DNA of 64,000 bases from Trichosphaerium sp. ATCC 40318 (GCA_038496445.1 JALMLS010000520.1:1-64000), one strand, 5' to 3'. Positions 37,989-51,560 are shown, counted from the stretch's first letter. Notes: generated by a model from the letters alone, not told the origin. Numbers and translations are program-made.

Positions 37989-38830
37989 ATGGTACTTTTA
38001 TATGCTAGTAGTATTTACTAAGGGTTTCAATAGACTAAATCAATGCGCGATATGTTGTCCATCAAACAGCTCGATGAGCTCAAAGATACGTTTGCCATGT
38101 GCGACACAAACAAAGACGGTGAGTAGTTGCTACTGGAAGCTCAAACTACTGTTTAATTTTGTGCAACTTCACCTAGCTTACACAGTACCAGGCGGTCTCT
38201 GTCCGGATGAGGTTAGAGAGTTTTTGAAAGCTTCAGGGACTACATTGACCAAGAAACAAGTTGTAGCGCTCATTGAGAGCGTAGACGCAGACAGTACGCT
38301 ATTATAGCCCTTTCCGGCGATCAAACACCGTTTTTACACAAACTACTGAGTAAGCGCTAACAGATTACTAGAAAACGGAACTGTTGAGTTTGATGAGTTT
38401 TTGGAGATGATCTATGGACAATATAGAGAAGCTTTTGCTGTTTTCGACACTGACGGTGATGGTAAGGGCGAATCTTCAACTTCTTCTAGAAAACATCAAC
38501 TCGTGACGTTGCAAAAAAAAAAAAAAAAGTTGTTGACATTAATTTTACAAAAATAGGCATTATTACACTTGCAGAACTTGGTTCTGGTATGAAGAACATG
38601 GGAGAGGATCTGACTGATGCTGAGTTGAAGGTTATGTTTGATGATGCTGACGCAAACGGCAAGTAGAAATTTTTTTTTTTGGGTATCTTTTTACCAAATC
38701 TCAAAAAAAGACAAAGAATGCTGCGTAGTGTTGTATGAACTTAAAAGCATTGGCTGACATTAGAGTTATAGGTGATGGTAAAATTGATTTTAGCGAATTT
38801 GTTGAGATGATGATGACGTGCGCAGATTGA
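37989..38830 (+). CDS. Calmodulin-like four-EF-hand protein, right copy
   Basis: Mirror of 5245-6084. ATG|gtact first exon, four EF loops, ends VEMMMTCAD*. Confidence 0.9.
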
Positions 38831-40110
38831 AAATAGAACCGCTAAAGTCAAAAGAAAAAAAAAAGGTTAAGAGAATCTTATGTTCTTTTCAATTTTTTTT
38901 TGCCTCCACACGTAAAGTTACAATTGTAAAAGAGTTCGTAATAAACACGTGCTTGTTGCTTCTGTAATATCAGTGTTTGGATTGTGTTTGCCAAATTTCC
39001 TTGGCAGTGCCGTCTCACCCAAAAAATATTCACAGATTAAACAAAATCAGCTCACATAATAATACACTACCTTTGCTTTTGGTTGCGTCCAAGGAGAACC
39101 TAAAATCTGAATGGCAGTTCGAGTCGTCCTTGTGAACCTAGATGAATAGCAAAGCACATACACGTTGTTAGCTCTGTCCAGCAGTTTGGTACAGCGGTTA
39201 ACCAAACTGTCTTTTCCCTTTAATGTTGTGATTTGCTCACTGTGACCATTGTACTTTGGGTTAGGTAATGTTACCAAAATACGCCTCTGGGTCGGCCGAA
39301 TATTTTGTCCACAAAGTTGTACTAGTCCTAATTCGTTCGCAAGTCTAAGTTTTATTACCCCCTGACGTCGTTACACCATTTAGCTAGCGTACTAGGAGCA
39401 TAATTTAATCCAGACCTAAAACGAGTGTACAAAACGTATTGTACGCTGCTACCTACCCTGAGAGTTGTCTACAACACGTTGCCCGTAAACCACGTGATAA
39501 AAAATACAAGCCAAAAAAAGCCAAGGCGCTTAAAGTACGCCAATGAAACGACATGGTATCGCGTTTACTTGAGGGACGCTTAAGAGCTGTTTTTACGTTC
39601 TAGCGCGTTTTATTACGGCTTTATGAAAATTATTAAGAGCCGAGTGCGTCCTAGCCCTGCCTCTTAAGTTATATTTCTATGTAAGAAAAAGTGAAGTTCG
39701 TTAGCCTCAAAACAATAATTATTTCGGCAAAGAAAGTTCGACTTTTATTTTTTTTTTTGAGTTGTTTCGAATGTGCGAATACAGTTAGGCGTGTTGGCTC
39801 CAAAAATGTCGCTGGCAGCAGCGAACGTGGGATGGGTTTTGGGATTTAATCCGCTTTCCTCCGAGAAGACGTTTCTTCTAGTATCGTCTTATAATACGCT
39901 TGTGGTGTTTGTAGCACCGCTAGAAGGTCGTTTGTAAGGATGCTACCTCGTAGCGTCATCTGATAACAAAATGTCTTAAAAACTATCGCAAAACGATATA
40001 CAAGCACCCCTCGGCGGTTTTTATGAACTAGCGCAAACGGACGCACCAAGCGTACACAAATCAATGACGTGAGTCCTGCATTTGTGAACAAAATCTCAGT
40101 TTCACTACAG

Positions 40111-43100
40111 ATGAGACAACTCATCCTCCTCGCTGTTCTTTTCGCCCTAGCCTATGCGGCCGGACGCGCTAGTTTTACTGCTAAAGATGTAGTCATCACC
40201 AACCGTCCATTTATAAATGTACGTACACGTAACCTTCCCTTTTCTTCTGAAAGGCACTTTTTCTTTTCTGGAAATTGTTGTCTGTTCAGAAACGTACTCC
40301 CTCGAATGTCAGGGTCAACTTGCTTTTGGTTTTTACCCAACTGTGTATCTGTTGATATCTTACTTCTTTTGTAGGGTGTTCTAGAAGCCGAATCTATGTA
40401 CTATGATAAAAATAACGAACGTATCGCATGGTAAGTTACTAAACTCGTAGTTTACGATATTTGCAGTACAAAGTAAAAAAAAAATTTTCCTCTTCTAAAT
40501 TTACTTGGTTGGCGCTTTGTTCCTAAAGTCCGAGAGATGCCCGCTTTCTTCAATTTTGTGTTTTAGAAGGTTATGGGGTGTTGCGAGCGATTGTGACAGT
40601 GCGGTTTTCCGGAGTAATTACAAAATGGAAGAAAGCTTTTGGTTTTTTTTTTTCATTTGGATTTTTTCTTTTTTCGTTTTTTTGTTTTTCTGACAATCGG
40701 TAGGACCTACAAAGGTATCCAAGCTGGTTCTTTGAGTGAAGCATACATTTACGATGAGGTACGCTAGCTTACTTGTTAATTTTTACAAAAAAAAAAACGT
40801 GCACATTAAACAAACGAACTCACAAAATCCACCAAACGGTGACCTTTTCTTCTCTATTGATTTGTGGGTGAAAAAAAACAATTAATTGGGATCGTTTAGA
40901 ATCTTCGCTTGCGTAAGTGTTCAGATGCTTGCGAAGCCTTCGGTGAGGACAGAAACGTACCAGATCTAGTATCTAAAGGTGGTACTACCGCCGCTCGCGA
41001 TGGTTGCCAAACATGTTTTAACGAAAACCCAAATAATGCCAATGGGCAAGTCGATACCTTGTGTTTCAACGGTAACAACATCTGTCTGTACGTATAATAA
41101 TTATCCTCTCATTTTGAGCTTCAAAAAGAAGCGTCTAATTTTTTTTTAAAATCACGTGATAATTTCAAAAACCACGTGAAAATATCAGAAACCAGCCGTA
41201 TAATTTTTCGGTTCTTTTTGAAGCGATTTTCAGATTTTTTTTTTTAAATTATCACGTGATAATTAGCTAACCAAGCGATTTTTTTTTAGTGTTGAATTCT
41301 CAAGCGGAGAGACATGGAAATTTAACGGCGCTATCACAACAGGCTCTTTCCCTAATGACGCTTTCTTGGATTCTGTCGCTGAAAAGAAGTACGGAAAAAC
41401 TTGCGGTGTTTTTTGATTATTTTCGAAAATAAAAATTACGATAAATTATTATTCCTCCTCTTCTACACGTTTATTCTTATACCTCTTCTAGGAAGCTACC
41501 TGGTGGCGGTGGATGTACTGATGAGTGTTCTCAAGTATTCGATATCGTCCTAGTATTGGATGAGTCTGGTTCTATTAATAACAATGAAGTACGTTTTCAT
41601 AAGCGTTTATCATTATTTGCTTGTTTTGTTTCTAAATTTGTTGTAGTGGAATCAATTGAAGGCTTTCGCAGAAGATCTTGTCGAAGCTTTTGAAGTTGGT
41701 CCAACAGGCGCTAACTTTGGTACTACCTTTTACCTTGGCTTTTACTTTTCTTACTTTTTTTTTAAGCCATCAAACTTTACTCTACTGTTGGTCGTAATCT
41801 CTTGACCATGTCAGCCTCTAAGACATCTATCTTGAATCAGCTCAGAAGTACGCTTTTTAAAAAAAAACGCTTTGCACATATTTATAACACGTGATTCTTT
41901 TAGGTATCACAAAAGTCAGTTCTTACACTTGCATTGGATGTGGTATTGAACTCGCTTACAAAGAGCTACAAGCAAACAAGAGACCGGGTACACCTGGTAT
42001 CATTGTAACACTAACTGATGGTCGTAACAACCGTCCATGTCAATTGAGCGCTTGTGGTTGTAATAGCCCATGTGCTAATGACTGTTGCCGTGGTAAAGGA
42101 CCGTACGTGGTTTTCATAAAAACAATTTTTTTATTCCCGTAATTTTCTCTAACCGGCCTTTACAGTGTTTGGGGACCTGGCGGTACTGGAAATTGTGATA
42201 ACTGTGGTGGTCGCGATGAACTTATCGAATGGACTGACCGCGCAAGATCCGCTGGATACAAGATGGTGTCCATTGGTGTTGGTGATAACTTGTCTGAAGA
42301 TGATCTCAAACTCTTTACTAGCGAATGGCCAGCTGATTACATCGCTGTAGCCGGTATGTACTTTCTTAAACCTATATGAGCTTCGCGCTAACTTGTTCTT
42401 GCAGATTTCGCCTCCCTTAACCAAAAACTCCAAGATATCCTCACAGTTATTTGCCCAGTTAACACTGTTAACGACTGTGGTGCTTCTTGCAACGGATTCT
42501 GCCACTGTGGACAAGAATGTACTTGCCCTAGCAGCTGTGAACCAAAAGATAAGTGCCATACCGCTGTTTGTGTTGCAAACGCTGGTTTCGGGTGTGTACA
42601 AAAGCCAATTACATGTAACGACAACAATGCTTGTACTAAGGATACTTGCAACCCTAACAGTACGTTTTGCTCTTGTTCTTATTTTTTTCTCTTTATCACG
42701 TTTTCTAACGTTTGTATAGCCGGTTGTGTATTCACAGACATCAAGAGCCAATGTAATGATAACAGCGAATGTACCGATAACTCATGCGAACCTGCTGTTG
42801 GTGTACGTTTGCTCAAATTGTTTTGCCACTTCTTCACTTTTTTGACTTTGTCTTAGTGTGTCATCAAAGATGTAACGTGTGATCCTGCCAACCAATGTCA
42901 AGAAACCAGCTGTAACCCAGCTACAGGATGTCAATCTACTACTATCACTGATGCCGAATGCGAACGCCGTGCTGCAAGCCAGTTCCAAACTGTAAGGGCT
43001 TTTTTTTGTGTTCACATGAACGAATATTGTTTCTTATTCTTGTTTTTTAGGCGTGCTGGACCCATACTTGTGATAATGGTTGTAAACGTGAACGTGTAGA

Positions 43101-45010
43101 TTGCTCTGGAAACGACAAATGTAAAATATACGAGTGCGATCCTGTTACTGGTATGTCTCTTTGAAGGAAAAAAAACCCCAAAGTTTCAAACTAACATTTT
43201 AATCAAGGCTGTAAGACAACAGATGTTGATTGCAATAAAGGAGATCCTTGCAAGGTTTACACTTGTGATCGTACGTTTTTAAATCATTGACAATGTCACC
43301 CATACTTGAGAGACTAACATAGAATTATAGCTGCTGTTGGTTGTCAAGAAAGACCAAAGGACTGTGATGATGGTCTTTTCTGTACCACAGACACATGTAA
43401 TGCAATGACTGGTGTTTGTGAAAATGTCAATCGTATGTGCGATAAATGCCAGATCGTAGGAACTGGTGCTGAAGTTGACTGTGATGCAGTATTCAGAGAT
43501 GAGCTCGATGTACGAAAAACTTATTATGATTATTTAACCTCTTACACTCTTTCTTAGGCTAACAAGTGCCAAGCTACCTTCTGTGACGTTGATGGTTCTA
43601 GCAATATCCCTACAGAAAATTGCAGAATCAGAGATACTACTCCTGACTGTAACTCGTACGCACTATTTCAGAAATATTTAGTTCATTTTTTTTTGTTGCT
43701 AACGTTTACCCACAGAAACTCCCAATGTATCATTGATACATGTGACATAACCACTGGAGAGTGTGTTGCAACACCTAAAGTATGCGACAGCGGCAGTGCA
43801 TGTATCATTGACGGTTGTAATCCGGATACTGGTTGTACAACTGAAGATGTTGTTTGTGATAAGAGAAACGAATGTGAAGTCGCCAGATGTGACCCGTACG
43901 TCCTTTGTTTCTTGGTTTGAACAAGACTTTTACATTGAAAATATTTTGGTCACGTGACCTTATACTTTCTTCTTTAGTGCCAGTGGATGTGTTTTCGAGA
44001 AACTTGATTGTAACAAAACTGACAAGTGCTTGCTCTACTCTTGCGATAACTCTTTGGGTTGTCAAAATGAGACTAAGTGTCTTCCACCAAACAACTGTTT
44101 CGAAGCTCTTTGTGACCCACTCACTGGAGAGTGCTCTTTCAGAAGCCTCTGCGATGATGGCAGCAAGTACGTTATAAAAAAAAAATGAAAAAAAGTTTGA
44201 CTTCGCAGTGACTAACCTCAATCTTTAGCTGTACCATCGATACATGTGACACCACAACCGATCCACTTGGTGTATGTGTAAACACTCCTATCAACGAAAC
44301 TGAAGTATGTAACGATTTCAGCGGATGTACAAGAGATTATTGCGAGTACGTATTTTATTCTTCACATTACGTTTCTTGAGTAACAAGAGCTTAACATACT
44401 ATTTTAGCCCTACACTAGGATGTGTAAACGAGTACCAAGAATGTCCTAACTTCAACGTTACTATTCCATGTCAAACTGGCGCTATGTGTCACCCGTACGT
44501 ATTATTTCGAATGAAAGGATTTTTGTAGAAAAAAACCGCCAAGATTCTACCTTCTCTGTACTAAATCGGTAACTCTAGAACTTTGGGATGTCGTATTGCC
44601 AACATTGAATGTACTCCTAAAGATAAATGTCATGTAGCTGACTGTGTCTTCTAGTACGTGTTCTTTTTTCTTTTTCTTCCTTTTTGTGGATACCTTCGCA
44701 ACGACATCGTTACTTACTTTCTTTCAGCAACGCCACTGATACAAAAGCAGCAGAGAACGTCTGTGAACAAAGTTTCGTAGATTCAACAATCTGTGTTCTC
44801 GGTGATGCCGCTGTAACCGGTATTTCCATCGGTGCTGGTGTACTCGCTGTCATTATCATTGCTGTCATTGTTGCTCTTGTACTTGCTTCTTTGGCTGCTG
44901 CTAAGGCATTCCAAGTCCTTACTGCTGACGGTCTTGCCAGCGGTGGTGCTCAAACATCCCAAATCTTCAAACCTGATGGTGTCGAGGGAGAATCCCAAAT
45001 CTTTGCTTAA
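40111..45010 (+). CDS. Integrin-beta-like type I membrane protein: signal peptide, vWA (MIDAS), many CTDC-type Cys repeats, TM helix, short tail (over 20 exons)
   Basis: DIVLVLDESGSI, IIVTLTDGRNN, repeats CDDGLFCTTDTC and CDSGSACIIDGCNP, TM GISIGAGVLAVIIIAVIVALVLASLAAA, tail ending QTSQIFKPDGVEGESQIFA*. Confidence 0.9.
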
Positions 45011-46044
45011 ATTTTTTTCAAATGTGTTGAAAAACAGCACAAAAAAAATCAGAAGAAAAAAAAGAAAGTTGTATTATCAAAGCAAACAAACAAAAGTCAA
45101 TAAAAATTAGTAGAGTTTTGCAATATTGTCGCCCATAGATTGCGCACCTAAGCTACAGTTGCTAGAATTCATTTCAATGTGAACACGAGATTTACCAAAT
45201 ACTCACGCTTGTTGGCGCGCTACTTTATGACTTCAACTATTTGGTATACACGGTGACATTGGCTATTTTTTTATCACGTGATAGATCTACAACCTTTGTT
45301 CAAGCCAATTGGCGCATAAGTTGTCTTTTTTTCGAATAAACGTACCTATTCCTTTTGTATTTACACAAATAACTCCTGTGATACGTTTGCAGCTTCTTTT
45401 TACCCTATCCCGAACAAGATGTCAAACCACAATTTTTTTATTTTTTTTTGCACCAAGTTTTTATTTTTCATAATTACTGTACCTCAAGCAATTAAGTGTA
45501 GCCCTGAGCAATCATCAAGGTTTCTACTCGAAGAAACGTTAGTTGGCAATACGTGGGCATACTAAAGAGTCTATACCTACCACAGGCTTTCACGATTAAG
45601 GATAGTCATGTTTACCTCAAGACTCTAAATTCCTTTTTTTTTCTACCTAAAGTTGTTAAACATTGTAAACCTATGGTAGCGTACCGCCTATTCTGGAAGG
45701 AATGTTTTCAATATCTAGATCAAATATGTACCACAGTTTGCCAATGACATAGCTTGATATCAACGACGTAGCTTGATTAATCGTCTGTTTCTCTTATTAA
45801 TACAATACTTTGTAAAAACAACATACAATTTGATCAGCAGGATCCATTTCGCCCTGGTTTTTACCAAAGTGAGGTTAGCCATTCGGCCCTTCCTTACTAC
45901 TAACTTGTACAATTATAAATTTAACCATGTAAAGGGCGTGAGGGTCGGCACCTCATATTGTTGGTAGCAGCGGAATGTAATGACTTAGTCATAGGCACTG
46001 TTATTAAACTAAAGAAGCGATTCTCTATGTGGATGCATACAGCT

Positions 46045-47021
46045 TTATTGTTTTAAACAAGCTTTTGTTTTTTGAAAGCTTGGCTCATGTGGTGCTTCAG
46101 ATTCGGCATTGTCTGCTTGTATTGCAAGTGTTTCTATCAAATTGGCTGCTATCGTTTCAAATTTAGGTCTATCCATATTGCAATAGCCTCGCTCAATCAC
46201 TCTACCTATCCTTCCAATCGTTTTTCCATATGCAGCGAATTTATTCTTGAGATTAACACAGCTGTTCTTCGACAAATATCCTTCCTTACGTCCATCTTCA
46301 ACTTGTTTTTTTATTTCATTAAATCTTTCCTGTATTACCATACATGTCAACCTGTACATGGCTGGCCGAAAGTAGTCTTTAACCAAACTGCGTAATAGTT
46401 TTAGCACATAAAAATAGTGTATCCTAGACTGAGACTTACTTGTATGATAATGTGTATAAGCTCTGGTATTCCTCCACAGTTAACTTAATTTTAGTACCTA
46501 CCATGTCTTGCTTAATGTTTTTGAGGCCATCATACCTTTATAACTGTTAGGACAAAGGCTATCTGCGTATAATTCAAGGGAAATTTTGACCCAAAAATAG
46601 AAATTAGTGGTTTCAGGCCTGGTAAAGGTGACCACGTGACAATGAAAATAATAACCCAATAAGAAACTAAAAAATCGTACAAACGCAGTAATTCTTCGTT
46701 CTTGTTGTAGTGGGGTACTATCTTTTTCGCTTGCAGGTGATTTTCGACAAATAGATCTGATTCTTTTTTTAACATCGTTTTTTTGAGCTGTGATATTTGA
46801 TGTTCTAACGGCTCATTGGAACTGTCAGAAATAGGGCATTTAGGCCAGAATCTACGTTTTGATGCTGCTTGATTGTATTTTGAAACAAGGATACTTTTAG
46901 TGTTGCTGAAAGCGTTTAATGTCCAGCAGGTAGTACCCAAGACCAATAATTGATCAAAACTGACAATATCACAAAGTCTGAACCAAAAACTAACCAGACT
47001 TACGCCCTCTTCTGTTTCCAT
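46045..47021 (-). CDS. Hypothetical protein, possibly with a degenerate N-terminal F-box (multi-exon)
   Basis: Two long exon ORFs (46530-47021, 46045-46407) with GTAC/GTAAG donors between them. FRLCDIVSFDQLLVLGTTCWTLN is weakly F-box-like. Confidence 0.5.
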
Positions 47022-48063
47022 GGTTTAAACTATTGATGGGTAATATTTTAATCCATTTAAGAGATAATCACCGTTGGTACGTACAAATGTACAAAAGTAA
47101 GAACAGTTTTATTTATTTATTTATTAATTTTTCGTCAACAAAAGTCCTTCGGGCCCAGTTGGGCGCTGGAGATTATTAATCTGAACCATGAGACGCAGCC
47201 AGTGTTTCGTGATCGACCGTTTAATAAAAGTATTTTTCCGAACCAAGCGACCTGATCTTCGCGAACAAATAACCAATAGTAATGTGTTTGATAGTGAACC
47301 GGCCGGCGGAAAAGGGATAGCAAAAGAAAAAAAAAAAAAAAAGAGAGAAAAACGAAGAAAAAGTAAAGCAGGAAATATGTTTAAAAAGAAAAGGGGCGTG
47401 ATCCAGAAAGGGAATAGGAGAAAGGTTAATAATTCTAACTTTCAGAAACAACAGTTTTTTAGGTTTGTTGGTGCGCTTAAGTAGTTTTCAATCAATAAAC
47501 GACTTAAACTCTATCAAATTCAGTCAAGATGTACACCAAACTCTGGGTATTACGGAGATATTGCTGCAACCTGTATCACGGTTTGTTAGTGGTATATACG
47601 TTACCTTAACGCCATGCAACGAACTAAACGGGAACCGAAAAAAGTGGTTACATCAAACCTGACTGTTTTCTTACAATCTCCAAATTGAAAACGTAGTCAT
47701 TTTGCTCTATCATAGTATAGTCAAAGATATATAAGCCAGTTATCTAAAGGTAAATATGTAAAATAAAACCTAACGATAGTATCAGCTTAATAAACTATGG
47801 AAAAAACATGCAAGAAAACTCCTTGTCAAAGCCACTAACTTACTACGTTCTTGCCACTTGTAGTCTTTGAGCTAATTCCTAACATTTGTTTGCGTGATTA
47901 TGTACTCTCATCTGTTAACATTTAGTCTACAGCCGTTGATCAATCAGTACACCTCAATTGTGACATGTGAAGGTTTCGATGTAATGATGGTGGTTTCGGG
48001 AGGACGATTTACTACAAGTTATTGTGCTATGTCAAAATATATTGTGGGGTGTTTGGTTCCTAT

Positions 48064-48957
48064 TTATTCATCATACAAGTAAGGATGATCATTACAATAA
48101 ATGGGTAAATTGCTAGTAGTAGAGCTTACAATGGTTACTTTTGAGCTATGATCCATACGAATATGAAGCCTCCATTTACCTTTCGGAATTGTCATAGATA
48201 AATACTCAATTCCTATAGATTTTCCCTTGTTATATATACCAAGAGTGTTTCCATTGATGCTGAGAAGTACTGTGCCTGTAATAAAGTTTCGACGTGTACG
48301 TGATCCACAAGATTTTCCTTGCTTTATCATTTCAGTTCCTGCACCTCCATATGATGAAGGTAAGTCCATTGGTGTACTAACATCTGAATACATGATAGTA
48401 TCAAAGTCGCTGAGAACACCAATGAACATGTAATTGTTTGAAGGGGCTTTGATTTTTAATTTCCAAACTACGTTGTTGTCATAAACATTTGATCCTAAGA
48501 CAAAATACCCATATCTACCATCTTCTTCAGATGAGCTTGAGGATACAGTTTCTGGAGAATAGCGTAATTTTCTATTGTGTATATACTGTTCTGAGAATGT
48601 GTCTTGCTTTAGTGTTGGTACTTGTAGTAGGTTAATACCGAGGTAACTTGTTACTGCTTCAAAATGCTTGTCTTCTCTACAACGAGAAGCTATAGTTGGG
48701 CAATCAATTATTTCTCCATTGTTAAAAACAACTGTTCTCAGAGCACGTAAGATAAGTGTAAAGTATTCCGGATCAATGTCTAGGAAGGTAACACCATCTT
48801 CATCAACCTTATGTTTGTCCCATCGTCCGCTGAACATAATTTGGAGAAAAGAGCCAGGAACAATACAAAGAGTACGTCTAGTCGTATTAAAAATCTTTCC
48901 TCCAACGTTTAGTTTGATAATATCGTCAGGGCTACAATCTTTGTCTTGGTGTGTCAT
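48064..48957 (-). CDS. Intronless BTB/POZ (KCTD-type) protein with a SPRY-like C-terminal domain, 297 aa
   Basis: IIKLNVGGKIFNTTRRTL..SFLQIMFSGRW..FLDIDPEYF..IL is a canonical T1-type BTB. The C-terminus is beta-rich (VVWKLKIK..YMFIGV). Confidence 0.92.
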   Translation of the reverse strand: MTHQDKDCSPDDIIKLNVGGKIFNTTRRTLCIVPGSFLQIMFSGRWDKHKVDEDGVTFLDIDPEYFTLILRALRTVVFNNGEIIDCPTIASRCREDKHFEAVTSYLGINLLQVPTLKQDTFSEQYIHNRKLRYSPETVSSSSSEEDGRYGYFVLGSNVYDNNVVWKLKIKAPSNNYMFIGVLSDFDTIMYSDVSTPMDLPSSYGGAGTEMIKQGKSCGSRTRRNFITGTVLLSINGNTLGIYNKGKSIGIEYLSMTIPKGKWRLHIRMDHSSKVTIVSSTTSNLPIYCNDHPYLYDE

Positions 48958-49646
48958 TTGTGAAGTTGCAAATTATATGTAGTAATTGTTGTTTGCAAAA
49001 TCACGTGATGTTATCTTGTTTTCAGGTAACCGGTAGTTCTTTTTCCCACTATGGGATTTCAAAACTGCCGGTTATGAGAACCGGGGAATGCGCTTTCAAA
49101 TGAAACACCAAGGAAGATTGCAATTATCTGTACTTTAAAAAGGTTCACATGAAGATTTTACAAAATTCATTGGGAGAAAGGCTCTTGCTGTATTTATTAA
49201 AATTGTCCGAACTATTGAAAAGAATTTGGTTCTCGAATTGTTTGTGCTAAAAAGAGGGTTGTGATTTACAATGATGAAGACTAAAGCAAATACGCTTTGG
49301 ATTTGGTTGTCTGTCACCTCAACGCAATTTAATCACCTGCGTATACAGAGTAAGACCATAGCAATGGTTCAAGGTGATGAAATAACGCTAATAGTAGTAA
49401 CTTTTAGGTTCTTTTCAGAACGTCCACTCCCGATTTGTAGAGCATGTGACTTTAATATTATAGACCGTTCATACATATAAGGCCAGCAGCACAGTCTCAG
49501 CGCTAAAGAGAAACAATGTGCAAACCCCTTGAACACTACAATAACCAGCACTATTCATGGTAAAACTCGTGAATTATAAAAATAAATTGACCAGTCAGGA
49601 ACAACAAACTGTTCACAACAAAACGCAAGTCAATAAATAGCATCAT

Positions 49647-51560
49647 ATGGCAAACCCTTTCGAAATTATCGAACCAATAACTATTCTAAACCCATTTGAA
49701 GTTAAGAAAAATAACGAAGTGTCAACTGCATCAAAAAGCCTATCTATCGCATGGGTAGATGATTTACTACCTTCAAATCGTTCTACAAAGCGTTCCATCC
49801 AATCTCCCTCTACATACCGTAAAAGACTATCAAAATGCTCTGCATACCCTCCTTTGCCTTCAGATGGCTTTCTAGGCTTGGAAGAGTCTATAGATCATAC
49901 GGAAGGTGATGAAATAAGCGTAGAGTCAGAAGATATTAGTATAGAAGGGACGAAGACAAGTGATAAGAAAGGAAAAGGTAAACAAACAATAACAAATTTT
50001 TATTCGGTGCGCACGTTTTATTTTTTTTTGACACGTGCTTTTTGGGTAGACGTCACGACGATAGATCTTGAGGAGCAAACTGGAGATAGCGCTTCAAAAA
50101 ATAGGTATCTAGTTTTAAGTTGGAATAAAAAGTAACGGCTTTAGTACACAATCGAGTGAACAAGAACCTTCGAAGGAAAAAATAGCGTCACCAACTTTGA
50201 ATAGAAAAAGAAAAAAGTCATCTAAAAAAAACGAAGAAAAATTCAAGTCTTACGCTAGTGGTACGACACCAAGAACTTTTTTTTTCATATCAATACTCTG
50301 GGTTGTTTCTAATAACATATTAGAAGTCGTTATAGACCAGGATATAGAATCAGGGCAGAATAGTGTAGCACTAGGTTTCTTTCATTGTCTCGCTCTAACA
50401 GCTAGTGGTACTATTTATTCTTGGGGGAGGGTCAACAAGGACAACTTGGTTATGAGTCACAGAACACTTTAACTCCTTCTTGTATACCTAAAGAGATACC
50501 TGGTATTGTTAGTGTTACTTCTATTGCCGCAGGAGCTGTACACAGTATCGCTTCTTGCGCAAATGGTAAAGTGTATGCTTGGGGTGAGAATATGTCATGG
50601 CAAGTTCAAGAAAACGAAACAAAGACTTTCTCATCGCCTACTCTTGTAAGCCTACCTAAAACTGTAAAATTTTCCTGTGTAGGTTCTGGAGAGTACCATT
50701 GTTTAGCGCTTACGATAAAGGGCACCGTATATTCATGGGGAGCTGGAATACATGGACAATTGGGTCATTCTGAAAATGAAGAAAAAGCAGCACCTAAAAA
50801 GATTAAAGTGCTTCAAAACGTACGGAAAGTGACTGGTGGAGATCAATTTACCATGGCTCTTTTGAATGATGATACTGTTTATTGTATAGGAAAGGTAATT
50901 ATCTTCCATTCAATTTCATTCCGTGAAAACAAAATGTCAACTTTTTTTTTTTTTTTTCATTTTCAAAGTGGTCCACAGAAAAGGCGAAAAAATGAGCTTT
51001 CGAATTTCTTTGTTCTAGGGTAATGATATACCGTGTTAAAAATGGGTAATGGAATTGAGTTGGTCACCCGAGGTCATAGAATGACACCTATAATATCAAC
51101 TTTTTTTATTCTTTTTTTTTCATTTTTTTTTACAACGAATTAGCCAATGCTTACAAAGGTTTGTGTTTAGGCGTTCAAGGAGAAACAGAATTTTCTATTT
51201 TCAAGTGATCCTGTAAAAAGTATTGCACCTGGCCTTGTTTTAACAATTTCAGGTAATGTTTATGAAACAACACGTGATGGTAACCTTAAAGTTGTTGCTG
51301 GGTTATCTAATATAATATCTATACATTTTTGCAATGGTAAATATAAGGGTATTGCAATAAATGAGAGAGGAAAATCATTCAGATGGGTTTCTGGTGAAAA
51401 ACCAGAAAAGTTAAATATCATAAAAAGTTATAATTGTTCACAAAGTCATAGATCTTATCCTCATTTTTTTGCTTTATCAAAAGAAGCAAGGCTTGTAATG
51501 GATACAACAAAAGGTTCTATTAGAAGTGTTCCTTTCAAAAAGCTTGGTATTACGAACTAA
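49647..51560 (+). CDS. RCC1-repeat protein with a low-complexity N-terminus (multi-exon; apparent 1-nt frameshift near 50425)
   Basis: Repeats ALGFFHCLALTASGTIYSWG, IAAGAVHSIASCANGKVYAWGEN and VGSGEYHCLALTIKGTVYSWGAGIHGQLG. Confidence 0.85.

Larger units (their letters stand above)
33298..44067. repeat. Right arm of the inverted segmental duplication (may extend further right, matching sequence left of the window)
   Basis: Position 1 of the window matches the reverse complement at 44067. The inner end tgtcgtagaaaga at 33298 matches 10818. Confidence 0.97.

Noticed and set aside
50421-50430. Frameshift in the RCC1 gene as programmed frameshifting or a pseudogene
   Set aside because: One missing G in a G run (tggggg-agg) with intact coding on both sides. 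A homopolymer consensus error is the simplest explanation.
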